A stretch of DNA of 64,000 nucleotides, taken from assembly GCA_964019335.1 (NCBI GenBank), contig OZ025670.1, positions 248,001 to 312,000 on the forward strand, given 5' to 3'. This document shows, piece by piece, positions 23,160 to 34,506 of this stretch. Below the pieces are notes generated by a model. It was not told where the DNA came from, did not search any database, and saw only the letters and a list, made by a program, of their open reading frames with translations. A program made the translations under genes and the position numbers. How positions within the stretch are numbered: the first letter of the stretch is position 1; each line of letters starts with the position of its first letter. Source of the DNA: Diplonema japonicum. Taxonomy: Eukaryota; Protista; Euglenozoa: Diplonemea.

Positions 23160-23985
23160 GGTTCTTGTTTGTTTTTACTTATTGGTTGGTTATGCTTTTA
23201 TTTTCTTCTCTTTTCTTTACCTGGGGAGTGGGGAAACAGGGGAGGGGGGGGGGGGGGGGGGGGGTTTGAAGACACACGAAATTTTCACATACTATTCTAT
23301 TTCACTATAACCACAAGGCGGAGAACAGGGAGGAACGGAAAAAAAAGTTTTCCTTCTTTTTTTATTTTATTTTTTTATTTTCCACGCACACGACAGTCAT
23401 CAGAGGGCATGGGTCTTTTCTCTCCATTGTTTCCAGCTTAGCTACTGTCGGCCTAATTTTATGACTTCAAGCCTCCAATAGGCCGACCATGGGCCGATTG
23501 CAAGCCCATTTTCTTTCCTTTTCTTTTATTGACACTCGCCAATGGCTTTTGATGACTGTGGTCTATGTTTACAGCAACCAAAAAAAAATCACAATAAATG
23601 CCAAGACTCCGGTAAAAAAAAAAGAACGAAGTAAAAAAAAAAATGCAAGAGGGGGGGTATTCAAAACCTAAGAAAAACGCTATTTTGTTTTCCCCTAATT
23701 TTTTTTTGTCAGTTGTTAAAAGAACGAAAAAAAAAAAAGAAAAAAAGAGAGTAAAAAAAAAAAGAAGAAGAAAAAAAAACAAAACAAAAACACACCTAGC
23801 AACAACACCCACAAGAAAAAAAAAGAAACCCTGCCCGAATTTTAAAAAAAAAAAGTGTTTTATTTTCTTTTTTTTTCTTCCCAAAAAATTGGAAACATTT
23901 GAGGGGGGGAAAAAAAAACAGCCCCCTCTTTCAGCGAAAAAGGCATCTTCCAGGGGGATTTTTTTTGAACAGTGAGCACCTCCCT

Positions 23986-24026
<41 letters not shown>

Positions 24027-24890
24027 GCTTAACTTTGTTAAAGAAGAAGATAGAACACGTGCAGACTTTAGCCTGTTTTATTCTTCTTTTGTCCCCCCCC
24101 CCCCCCCCCCCTCCCCTACCCTGCTGTTTTTCTAAGAAGAAAAATCTGCATTAGGGCCTCCCCCCCTATTGTTTGTTTTGCCCCCCCTACAATTTTTGAA
24201 ATCCTGGATGGCTCTCATATTTGAGGAAAAAAAAAGAAGAAAAAAAAAAAAAGGTAAACCGGATTCCCATTTTAAACTTTTTTTTGATGAAACAATTTTT
24301 ATTTGAGTAGAACTCAAATGCTTTCACGGGGGGGTGGAAAAAAAGCATCTTATTACTTACAACGAGCCATTATTTTAGTTTCTCAACGTATTTTCTCTTT
24401 TTTTTTCCCTTTTTTTTTTTTTTCCCAATTCGCGTGAAGTGGGCATGCGAAAGGGAGAGGCCAGAGGGAATTTTCTCTTTGCTTCCTTTTCCTTTCTTTT
24501 TTTTGTTATTTTTGGGAGTGGGGGGAAGGAAAGGAAGGAAAAAAAAAAGCCTTTCGTGCGAACGTGCTTTTATTTTTTTTATTCTTTTTTTTTTATCTCT
24601 TCTATTTACTTCTCTCCCACCTTCCCCCCCCCCCCCCCCCCCCCACTTCTGTTTTTCTGGCGATCCCGCCCATTGCAAATTTTTAAAAAATTAGCTTTTT
24701 TTTTTTCTTCTCTTTTTTTTTATTTTTTGTTACCAACGAATAAATGAGTTAATTTTTAACTCGAGTTTCCAGTTTTTTTTTTTTTTTTTTTCTATCAATC
24801 CCAAGTGGGATGTATTTAAGTATGAATCCTAATCCTTATGTAAAACTAGGGTTTGATTATGTGGCCAGACACAAGGGCGCGTACTTTGTT

Positions 24891-25006
24891 TTTTGCATGA
24901 ACAAGAAAAACAATATATTGATAATGAATTGTTATTGCTAAAAAGAGTAGTGGTGGCATTGCTGGGTTTATCCTTCTACAGGTTAATCCCGGCTGTGCAC
25001 AAACAA
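24891..25006 (+). ncRNA. Structured intergenic element family, copy A
   Basis: Shares GAATTGTTATT..GC..AAAAAGAGT.G.GG..GCA..stem..TGCACAAACAA with the copies at 37010 and 41871; stem GCTGGG/CCCGGC. Confidence 0.6.
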
Positions 25007-25989
25007 AGGCTGAAAGTTCTGAACAGTTTTATTGTTTTTTTCCACACACTTGACAATCGGGGGCTGTCAGTGTCCAGCAAAAGACATCAGGTTTCATTGA
25101 TTTTGATCAAAAGAAATTATAGAAACGCATTGCTGACCTAAGTAGGGAGGGGGGGGGGAAAAAAGGAGGAAAGGGATTGGTTAGGAATCGTTTTTCGGTT
25201 GCAAATAATATCTTCTCTTTTTATATATAGGAACCAAAAAAAAAAAGTTCTTTCCCTGCAACTGTCGCGCATGAAAAGAAAAAAGAAAAAAAAGAATAAC
25301 TTGCCAATTCTTTTTATTTTTTATTTATTTGTTTATTTTTTTCTATCTACTAGGCACGTACAGGCAAGCGGTCGATTCCTCTTTATATAAGGTAATTTTT
25401 TTTTTTTTTTGATGGGGAGCAGAAATACTTGTTAAATGTAAGAAAAGAAATCAAAAGAAAAAAAAGAAAATACGGCGCAACGTAAAAAAAAAAAGAAAAA
25501 AAAAAAAAAAAGAAATCTGTACAGCGTTGCGTAATAAAAAAAGGGAATAACTTGCCTGTTCTTCTCTCCTCCTCCCTCCCCTCCCTCCCTCCCTGCAGCT
25601 CTATAATAAGAAGACGCCCATAATGAGAGTGGGTTCCCTATAGTATTGAATCCTTTAGCTCGAAGAAATAATTAACCCCGCCCGCCCCCTATATGCCCGC
25701 TTTTAACGACTCCAGAAAAAAGGGATGGCAATGCCATTTTTACACAGGAAACTTTCTGCAGAACCTGCCACCCACCCCTTAGTGGGAACCACAGAAGGAA
25801 AAAAAAAAAAGGAGAAAAAAAAAGTAGTGGGGATTTTTAGGTCAGCAAATGAATTTCGCACAAATGTAAACTGGCAAAAAAAAAAAAAAAAAAAAAACGA
25901 TGCATGACCCAGAAGTGGTACCCCAAAACAGGGAAATTCCCAACTAACCACCGGTGGCAATAGGGTGGGGGGGGGGGGGGGGGGGGGGG

Positions 25990-26189
25990 NNNNNNNNNNN
26001 NNNNNNNNNNNNNNNNNNNNNNNNNNNNNNNNNNNNNNNNNNNNNNNNNNNNNNNNNNNNNNNNNNNNNNNNNNNNNNNNNNNNNNNNNNNNNNNNNNNN
26101 NNNNNNNNNNNNNNNNNNNNNNNNNNNNNNNNNNNNNNNNNNNNNNNNNNNNNNNNNNNNNNNNNNNNNNNNNNNNNNNNNNNNNNNNN
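25990..26189. other. Assembly gap (200 N)
   Basis: Run of n next to a poly(G) tract. Confidence 1.
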
Positions 26190-26222
26190 GGGGATAACAT
26201 GGAAATATAAGAAGTACATCAG

Positions 26223-26453
26223 ATGTGTTGTTCGCTGTTGACCTCCTCGTCGGTCATCACCGGTAGCGCCCGAGTGGAAGAACGTAACGCAGATGCTCAG
26301 GGTGACGAACAGGCAGCAAACTGCACGAGCGCAGAATCTTGGTTACCCGGGACGCCCCGGCTAGGGTTGAGCACACCGCACGCATTAAGGACACGACGCG
26401 GAACGCAAAAGAAGCTACAACTCGGCCGGGGAGCGCCCCCTGTAATCAAGTAG
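26223..26453 (+). CDS. Small 76-aa ORF, copy 1 of a duplicated pair
   Basis: Near-identical to 29983-30216, with 6 synonymous changes, 2 nonsynonymous changes and one 3-nt indel. Confidence 0.5.
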   Translation: MCCSLLTSSSVITGSARVEERNADAQGDEQAANCTSAESWLPGTPRLGLSTPHALRTRRGTQKKLQLGRGAPPVIK

Positions 26454-26506
26454 GTAGTTCGTGCTTCATTGCACGCTTAACGCCACCTAGTGTTGCAATC
26501 AAAGCC

Positions 26507-26542
<36 letters not shown>

Positions 26543-26982
26543 AGGTATTTTTGTATTGAGACCAGCTTTTCTTTTTCTCTCTGCAAATGTCACCCTTGCA
26601 ACCACAACCTCCCGGGTCCGTGTTGTTGAACATTTTTTTTTCCTCAATAGAAAACCAACGCAAAAAAAGGAAAAAGAAAAGAAGCTTTTATGGTCTAGAA
26701 AAAAATCCTTTCTTTCCCCCTCTCTCTATGCTGCTCCAGCATCTAAGGCTGATAGCACACCCCCCTGGCAAAAAATGCTTCTTAAATAAGTTATGCTGGA
26801 TGTTTGAAGTACACCTTATTTTTTTTTATCCACACCTGCCTCCAAGAACTAGAGAATTACAGTTTAAAAAAAAAAAAAAAACAGCAGAATTCTCAATCTC
26901 TATTTTTCTCCTCTCCCTCTTGCCCACAGAATTAGTTTTTTTTTTTCCCCTCCGGACCACGTAGCAGCCCTGATAGGTGTTT

Positions 26983-27047
<65 letters not shown>

Positions 27048-27394
27048 CTGCGGCTCTCGCGCGGAGTTTGCAAGTGACATCGAATTTTTTTATTCTCACT
27101 TCACTTCTTTTTTTATTTAATTGAAATCTGTTTCACTTTGATTTGTTTTTCTATACCCCCCCCCTCCTTTTACCTCTATTCTATTTTTCACTTTACTTTT
27201 TTCAAAGAAAAGAAGAAAAAAAATCTTTTACCGTAATAACACACACTATTTTCTAAATTCAAAAAATCCCCCAAATATGATATTCACTACGTTCACTGTC
27301 TTTTTTTTTTTTTTTTTTCCTGCTTATCTTCTTTTCTTTTCTCACTCTAATGCACGAGTTCACATACGAAAAATCACTTTCTATTATTGTTTTG

Positions 27395-27425
<31 letters not shown>

Positions 27426-27644
27426 CCCTTTCTCCACTCGCCTTACCCGCCGCCCCCTCACTCACAAAAAAAGTTGAGGTTTCTTTTTTTTTTTTTTTTT
27501 TTTTTTTTGCTCTTCCCACTGCTCGCCTTCACACTTACTTCTTTTTTTTTTTTTTATTATCCATTCACCTCTTATTCTTTTTTTTTTCCCCCCTCCAAAT
27601 ATCAACCAAAAAAAAAAAAAAAAAAAAAAAAAAGGTACCTCATA

Positions 27645-28472
27645 ATGGAAGCAATTAGTCAAACCCTCACCCAAGCCCAGAAGTACGTAGCCGACTACGA
27701 CTGCCACCCAGCTCATGAGTGGGTATTGGAGAGCAACGACGTGCCGATAAAAGCGATCATTGCATATTTGGCAATGGTGTTCCTGGGGCCAATGGTGATT
27801 CCAGTTGGGAAGGGGTTCCAGGGGGGCTTCGTAAGATTCGTCTTCGCCCTCTGGAATTTACTGTTAGGTGTTTTCAGCACTGTGGGGGTACTTGTCTGCG
27901 GGGGATACTTATGGGCAAATGTTCAAGAAAAAAGCCTGGAAGAGCTAATCTGTAATGACGATCTGATGTGGAAGAAACCAAACGCCTCGTGCTACGGCGA
28001 AATGGGTTTTTTCATGACAGCATTTATGTTATCTAAATTCCCCGAGCTTCTTGACACGTTCTTCATTCTCATTAAGGGAAGGCCCATTGTCCTCCTTCAG
28101 TGGTACCATCACGCTTCGGTTCTTGCTTACAGTTGGTTTGCTTACTCCTCTGCGACCCCAACAGCAATGTTCTTCGGGACTATGAACTTTGCTGTACACA
28201 GTGTGATGTACACTTACTTTGCTGTTTCTCAGTACTCTCGAATTCTCGCGTTCTTGCGGCCTTTCATCACCCTGCTCCAGCTTGCTCAGATGTTCCTCGG
28301 TCTCGCCATCAATCTCTACACTTACCACTTGACTCAAACTTCGTCTTGTTCCAAGACGTACACGCAAAGCTATTTTACGTTCTGTACGGTTCTCTACTTC
28401 TCTTACTTTGTGCTGTTTGCGAAGTTGTTTTTCGATAACTACGTGTCCACCAAGAAGGTTAAGAAGAATTAA
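27645..28472 (+). CDS. GNS1/SUR4 (ELO) fatty acid elongase
   Basis: SKFPELLDTFF, LQWYHH, MNFAVHSVMYTYF, ITLLQLAQM, C-terminal di-Lys KKVKKN. Confidence 0.95.
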   Translation: MEAISQTLTQAQKYVADYDCHPAHEWVLESNDVPIKAIIAYLAMVFLGPMVIPVGKGFQGGFVRFVFALWNLLLGVFSTVGVLVCGGYLWANVQEKSLEELICNDDLMWKKPNASCYGEMGFFMTAFMLSKFPELLDTFFILIKGRPIVLLQWYHHASVLAYSWFAYSSATPTAMFFGTMNFAVHSVMYTYFAVSQYSRILAFLRPFITLLQLAQMFLGLAINLYTYHLTQTSSCSKTYTQSYFTFCTVLYFSYFVLFAKLFFDNYVSTKKVKKN

Positions 28473-28631
28473 AAGAAAAAAGGGGGGGGGGGGAAAGTGT
28501 TTTCAGTGTGGTTTTTTTTTTTTTTTTTTTGTTTTTTTTTTTTTTTTTTTTTTTTTAATAGACTCGGGAAAATAAAACAAAACAGGAAAACACTTTACAA
28601 AAAAAGAAAAAAAAAAAAAGATAGATGGTGT

Positions 28632-28664
<33 letters not shown>

Positions 28665-28683
28665 CTTTTTTTTTAAATAAAAA

Positions 28684-29514
28684 ATGGAGCCGGAGGAGAA
28701 AGAGGAGGACAACGGAACGCAAGTCGACGATGAAAATGAGGAGCGGGAGTGCAGAATCTGCAAAGGGAACAAAGGGAAGTTGATCGCTCCCTGCGACTGC
28801 AGAGGGAGCATAAAGTACGTGCATATGAGCTGCTTGGTTAGCTGGCTCAGAACAAAACTAAAGAGCAGCAAAGAAAGGTGTGACTTCAACCGGTGCGAAG
28901 TCTGCTGCCAACGAGTCAGCCTGCTGCTGTCTGGATCAGACTTCTTCATGTTCCCATACTCAATATCTACACATCGAGTCACCGATTCTCTGCTAATCTC
29001 TGTTCTTGTGGTAGCCCTGTGGACTTCTACCTTTGTATTCATCTTATCAATGATTGGGGAATGTTTGGATGTCGATTTGTGGAACTCCACAATAAGGTGG
29101 TTTTTAACGCCAATGATGATGATTTGCAAGGTGGCGTTCGTTGGCATTTGGGTATGGGAAGAAAAAAAAAAAAAAAAAAAACAAAGCTGACAAAATGTGG
29201 GCCTACGCCGGTGATAACTCAGAGACTGATGTTTATTTTTCGGTGGATTCCCTCCGTCTCAGAATTGCTTTATGTTTCTTTTTTGACTACTACACGGATT
29301 GCTTGCACCGCGATATTTGAGAAAGTATGGATTAAAAGAAAGAAAAAAATAAAAATAGGATATTCACCCTGTTGAATACCGTATCCTTGTCTTGGCCTCT
29401 GCTTCGATGAATTACCTTGCCATGGCTCTGCTTTTGAAACGTGCATTCGGTCAGGAAGGGGTTGCATCCCTCCCTCGTGACAGGGAAGGATGGAAGATTA
29501 AAGAAAAAAAATAA
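28684..29514 (+). CDS. Membrane RING-CH (MARCH-type) E3 ubiquitin ligase
   Basis: CRIC..LIAPCDCRGSIKYVHMSCLVSW..CEVC plus TM helices; introns 29152-29186 and 29325-29358. Confidence 0.85.
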
Positions 29515-29982
29515 TGATGTGGAAAAATAAAGAAAGTAGGGGGGGGGGGGGGAGGATTTCTTGTTGACTGTTTTTTTTTCACGTATTTATTTATTTTCTT
29601 GCATTTTTCTACCCCCCCCCCCCTGCGTCAACTCACGCTTTTTCTAGCAATACGGGGTTGATTTCTCTTTTTTGTGTGTCAGAAAAAAGGGGGGGGGGGT
29701 GACCTCAGTTTTTTTAAGTTGTGTTAAATAAAAAAGAATTATATTCCGTACACATAGGGGGCATCTCCAGACCTTTTTTTTTCAGGTGAAGAGAGGAGCG
29801 TGAGGTATCTGAAATGGGCTCAAAAGAAAAAAAAAAACCCCCCTCGCCTTTTCTTTTCTCCCTCTTTTTTTACAGGCGTCCTGTCACATACCGCAGGTAC
29901 CCTTAAATGTCTCTTTTTTTTTTTTTTTTTTTTTTTTTCTTCAGGTGGTGGGGATAACATGAAAATATAAGAAAAACATCAG

Positions 29983-30216
29983 ATGTGTTGTTCGTTGTTG
30001 ACCTCCTCGTCGGTCATCACCGGTAGCGCCCGAGTGGAAGAACATAATGCAGATGCTCAGGGTGACGAACAGGCAGCAAACTGCACGAGCGCAGAATCTT
30101 GGTTACCCGGGACGCACCGGCTGGGGTTGAGCTGTACACCGCACGCATTAAGGACACGACGCGGAACGCAGAAGAAGCTACAACTCGGCCGCGGCGCGCC
30201 CCCTGTAATCAAGTAG
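29983..30216 (+). CDS. Small 77-aa ORF, copy 2 of a duplicated pair
   Basis: See 26223-26453; strong similarity ends at the TAG stop. Confidence 0.5.
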   Translation: MCCSLLTSSSVITGSARVEEHNADAQGDEQAANCTSAESWLPGTHRLGLSCTPHALRTRRGTQKKLQLGRGAPPVIK

Positions 30217-30750
30217 ACAGTTCTTGTGCAGGGCGCCGCCAACACCGGCCTCCTTTAACTCATTTTTTTTTTTTTTTTTTTTTTTTTTAGGGTGGTCCTC
30301 AAGAGGGATTTGCCCTTGAAAATCGCCTTTTTTTTTTAGCTCACACTTTGCAGGGAAAAAAAAAAGAGAGAAAAAAGAGGTGTCCTTAGCTCTTTTTTTT
30401 TTTTTTTTTTTTTTGGCATGGCGCAAAAAGAAGTCACATGACCCTCTCGCCACCGCTGTGATGAAGCGACATGCTGTGGTTTAATTAAAAAGAAATAGGG
30501 GGGGGGGAAGGAAAAAAAAACAAAGTTTTGAAGCCTTTGAAACCTTTTCCCCATACTTCTGTAACCAAGAAAATGATTTTTCCGGCAGCCAAAAAAAAAA
30601 AAAAAAGAATGGAGGGGAGAGGAATAATGGCATCGGAGGGTTTTTACTTTATTTTATTTTTTATATTTTTTATTAGATAATCTAGTCAGGTCAGTTTTGT
30701 TCAAGAAAAAAGCCACGCACCTTCCCCCCATTCCCACCATTTTCCCAGAG

Positions 30751-30805
<55 letters not shown>

Positions 30806-30921
30806 AGCTTGTTTCTTTGTTGGTATTCTCAAGAGAAAAAAAAAACCCATTTTTCTTTTTTACATTGCAACCTCCCCCCTTCCATCTTTTTTAATCAAGA
30901 TACACTAAACAAAAAAAAAAA

Positions 30922-32175
30922 ATGGACATTTCTCTTGGAACAGACAAGCCGGGTGGTATGTCAGCGGTGCAGAAGGAGTGTTTTAATTACAGTGCGGGCT
31001 TGACCTTTTTAGACCTCAGGGTGAAGGCGGATGGGGAATCGGTTCGCAATGTGAAGAGATCGGAGCCACCCACGGACATAGGTATCGATGACGAGGTAAT
31101 GGTGAGATGTGAACGGGAGGGCATCGCAGGGAGGTTCCTTGCTAAAGCATTCGAATCCCTTGTCGCCGTGTTCAAATCAACAGGTTGGGGGGGTCTGCAG
31201 GTATGGGTCGATGACGGCACCATCTGCGCAAGATTTCCGGAAGGCGAGAAAAAATTCACAGAGAGCATCGCTCGGGACATCACGACCCAGTTCGAAACCC
31301 ACCTGAAAAACTTCGAAAAATTTGAATGGAAATCCCTCGTTCACAACATCGTTGACGAGTCCAAAAACCTCATTTTATCATTGAAACACTGCAGCCCATC
31401 AGACGTACCCCTCCCCGGCGAATGGGAAAAGGGAGTTCATTCCAATCTAGACAAGGACAGAGCCAAGGCTATTCTAGCAGAAGCCATTGTCCCAATGGGT
31501 CTTCCTTCCATGGAGTACAACTTTTCCGCAGGAGGTTCTCACATACTCTACCCGAACCCCGCTGAGTTCAACACCGATCATTGGGAGCTCTGGGGAAAAT
31601 TCAGCCCGTTTACCAACAGAAGAGGTTTCCTTGATTTTGTATATGGAGCAGCTGTGTGGCTTCCACATGAGGTTCTTCACTGTATCCAAGATGGAGCCTT
31701 GTCGGTATCCGGTGCTGCAGATGGGTCCGAAGCATTGCACAACTGGCAGTGCGAGTATTGTGTTTGTTTTGGACAGGGGATTTTTCTCGCGACGATTATT
31801 TCTGAAAATCGTAAAAAAGGTGTTCACCGAACCCTGATGCTGCCCGCACATTTCCTTGAGGAGTCGTATTTGTGGCTTGAGTCTTGTTGCCTCGCGCACC
31901 CCACAGGCCCTCCTTCCCAATGGCTGTCCGACAAGGCAGCCGTGGCGCCCTCGTCCAAGCAGCCCTATGACGTCATGGAAGAAACCCTTCCCGAGTATTT
32001 ATCCTTGTTGGGAACAGTCGCTGTTGAAAGCTTCAAGAAATATCAAAAGCTTGTGGAAAAGGAAGAGCAGGAGACCTCTTACTGGGCAGCCTTCGTGAAG
32101 TACGCGAACAGAATGCTGCAGTCAACTAGCGCTGATAAGATTCCAGAGGTGACTGCTTCTCTGATCGTGGAGTAA
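30922..32175 (+). CDS. Hypothetical protein with an HExxH zinc-metallopeptidase-like motif
   Basis: 417-aa ORF; WLPHEVLHCIQD with a downstream Glu (WQCEY). Confidence 0.65.
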   Translation: MDISLGTDKPGGMSAVQKECFNYSAGLTFLDLRVKADGESVRNVKRSEPPTDIGIDDEVMVRCEREGIAGRFLAKAFESLVAVFKSTGWGGLQVWVDDGTICARFPEGEKKFTESIARDITTQFETHLKNFEKFEWKSLVHNIVDESKNLILSLKHCSPSDVPLPGEWEKGVHSNLDKDRAKAILAEAIVPMGLPSMEYNFSAGGSHILYPNPAEFNTDHWELWGKFSPFTNRRGFLDFVYGAAVWLPHEVLHCIQDGALSVSGAADGSEALHNWQCEYCVCFGQGIFLATIISENRKKGVHRTLMLPAHFLEESYLWLESCCLAHPTGPPSQWLSDKAAVAPSSKQPYDVMEETLPEYLSLLGTVAVESFKKYQKLVEKEEQETSYWAAFVKYANRMLQSTSADKIPEVTASLIVE

Positions 32176-32595
32176 ATGGGGGGGGGGGGGGGGGGGAGAG
32201 AATATTTTGGGTGTGGTTATTATTACACGTTTATTACAATTGCAAAAAAAGAAAAAAAAATTGTACTTCCTCCTTTCTTGGGCCTTTTTTTGGTGTTTTC
32301 TTTAGAGATATCGCAAACAAGAATGAAAAAAAAAAAAAAAAACTGTGATGGGTGTTTTTCCTCTCTGTTTTTCATCGGCTAGCTTCTTCAAACTTTGGGA
32401 TGGGGGGGGGAGGACATGGTTTTGTCGTAATCAACCGGGGTGCGAGGGGAAAAAAAGGGGGGGAGAAAAAAAAACCCCCCCCTCCCCCGTTTGAACACAA
32501 ACATTCAGTTTCTTCTTTTTTTTTTAAAGGTCTTTTCCTTTAAATTACTTTAAAGACTTGGGTGGCACCGTTTAAACAAAAAAAACAAGAAGAAA

Positions 32596-34347
32596 ATGGA
32601 TGCGAGTGTTGTGATGCTTCTATCGAACTTGGCACCCGAGTCTTTGATGGAGCTAAGGGGCCTGGTACGGAAGGAGCCTGGCAAGAGGCAGATGTTCAGG
32701 GAGAGTGGTGGTGTGGAGTTGTTGCTAGCGAGGCTGGGGAACGAAGGGAATGTGGGTATTCGGGCCGAGCTGCTCTTCACGCTTGCATTCTGCTGTGACG
32801 AAGAAGGACGGGGTTACGTGCGAGAAGCAGGAGGGCTGGAGGCAGCAGTGGACATCCTCCATGACGCTGTGCCACTGCCCGACTCCTTTGAGTGCTGCAC
32901 CTACGCCGTGGGCCTCCTTGCCAACTACAGCTACCCCAACAAGATTCGCTTCCATAAGAAAGGTATCGTCGAGATCCTTAACACAACCCTGACCACCGAC
33001 ACCACCAGCAGAACCCTTCTCAATGTCACCAACGTTTTGAAAACACTCGCCGAAGAGTGCCCCCCTGTCAAGGAGGCCATCCTCTCTACAGGTGTCCTCA
33101 ACAAGCTCTGCCAGCTCACCAAACAAGAACCCCAAGTCACCACTTACACCATGGGCGCCATTGGCACTATTGCCTACAAGTACCCTGAGGCTCAGAACCG
33201 CGTCCTGCAGCTTGGCCTGCTCCGCATCCTGCCAAGCTTGCTCATGTCCTGCACGAAGGAGCACGGCCTTCTTGACGTCTCGAAGTGTCTGTTCTCCTGT
33301 CTGAGGGACAACCAAGCCGCGCTACGCGACCTTTGCATGACGCCCTCCTTCGACATGATCCGCAAGGAGATGCACAAGTTCCTAGCACCCAGCTCGACAG
33401 ACTTCACGACTAAAGAGATCCGCAACGGGGTGTACCATGGGGCTGCCTACACACACGCGGCATATGCCGACAGCGTGCAGTTCTGTGGCGCAAGTGTAGT
33501 GGTGAGAGCGGGCTGGCAGAGTCGGGTGGTGTGCGAGGTGGCACACGCCTATGCAGCGGGAGTCGAAATTGTGGTGCACGTGCAAGACATCAGCAACAGA
33601 GCACCTGTGGACGTGCCGTTTGTAGTGCGCAGCAGCGAAGGCGTGGTGGGGACTGGGGAGGGGCTGTTTGTGTGCAAAGACCAGACCGCTCGTATAGAAT
33701 ACACCATCGAGACACAAGGAATGTTCGAGGAGATAGTTGCCACTGTGTTTGTGAACCAATGCAACGAAAGCTGCAGGAACGGGGGGCTGACGCTGGACTG
33801 CGTGCAGAAGGACAACACCCCGCTTTCGGTGCACGTGCCCATCGCCCAGAAGAGCGCAGTCCCAAGCCGGAACACAAGCGAGGAAAGATCAGAGTCCAGA
33901 CCCGAGGCAAACCCAGACACGGACCTCAAGCGTCAGGTGGAGGAGCTGACAAAGAAAGTAGAGGCGTTCCAAGCCCCGCAGCAGGCCCCACCGCCACAGG
34001 TGCAGCAAGCTACTGTACCTGCGACTAATTTTGAAGCGGTCATTGCTGACAACTTTGCGTTGAAGGAGCACGTCCTAGCGTTGGAGAGGGAGTCTGTAGA
34101 GCTCCGCCGACACCACGTCTCACAGCAGTTCCTCCTCGCGCAAGGGGGCACACCATCACCATTGGAGCCCACGCTTACCGCACAGGCGGCAGAGACAGGT
34201 AGCATGAAGGAGGACGTCGCGTCGGTGACGCAGACACTGAACCAGCTCGACGCAGAGTGCGCAGCAAACGAGTTGGAGCTGACGAGGTTCTTGAAGCAAA
34301 TCACACAACTGCGGGAGAGGATCACATCGGCTTCAGGGAGTAATTAG
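32596..34347 (+). CDS. Armadillo-repeat protein with a C-terminal coiled coil
   Basis: ARM motifs FRESGGVELLL, VREAGGLEAAVDIL, AILSTGVLNKLCQL, AQNRVLQLGLLRILPSLL. Confidence 0.8.
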   Translation: MDASVVMLLSNLAPESLMELRGLVRKEPGKRQMFRESGGVELLLARLGNEGNVGIRAELLFTLAFCCDEEGRGYVREAGGLEAAVDILHDAVPLPDSFECCTYAVGLLANYSYPNKIRFHKKGIVEILNTTLTTDTTSRTLLNVTNVLKTLAEECPPVKEAILSTGVLNKLCQLTKQEPQVTTYTMGAIGTIAYKYPEAQNRVLQLGLLRILPSLLMSCTKEHGLLDVSKCLFSCLRDNQAALRDLCMTPSFDMIRKEMHKFLAPSSTDFTTKEIRNGVYHGAAYTHAAYADSVQFCGASVVVRAGWQSRVVCEVAHAYAAGVEIVVHVQDISNRAPVDVPFVVRSSEGVVGTGEGLFVCKDQTARIEYTIETQGMFEEIVATVFVNQCNESCRNGGLTLDCVQKDNTPLSVHVPIAQKSAVPSRNTSEERSESRPEANPDTDLKRQVEELTKKVEAFQAPQQAPPPQVQQATVPATNFEAVIADNFALKEHVLALERESVELRRHHVSQQFLLAQGGTPSPLEPTLTAQAAETGSMKEDVASVTQTLNQLDAECAANELELTRFLKQITQLRERITSASGSN

Positions 34348-34423
34348 AACTTTTTTTTTTTGTTAGATAAAAAAGAACAAAACCAACTTGTCGTGTATTT
34401 AAAAAAAAAGGTTTTTTTTTCTC

Positions 34424-34459
<36 letters not shown>

Positions 34460-34506
34460 TGTTTTGTCCACCCCTTCACCTCTCTAGTATAGGGCAACCC
34501 AAGAAA

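Noticed and set aside
23461-23499. SECIS-like ATGA..AA..GA spacing
   Set aside because: Helix II does not pair, and the upstream gene has no in-frame TGA.
25900-25966. Resemblance (minus strand) to the ingi/SIDER signature
   Set aside because: Only short word matches; the HDV-like fold cannot be built.
26190-30216. Direct repeats interpreted as LTRs
   Set aside because: No TG..CA ends, PBS/PPT or gag/pol between them; the interior holds ordinary genes.
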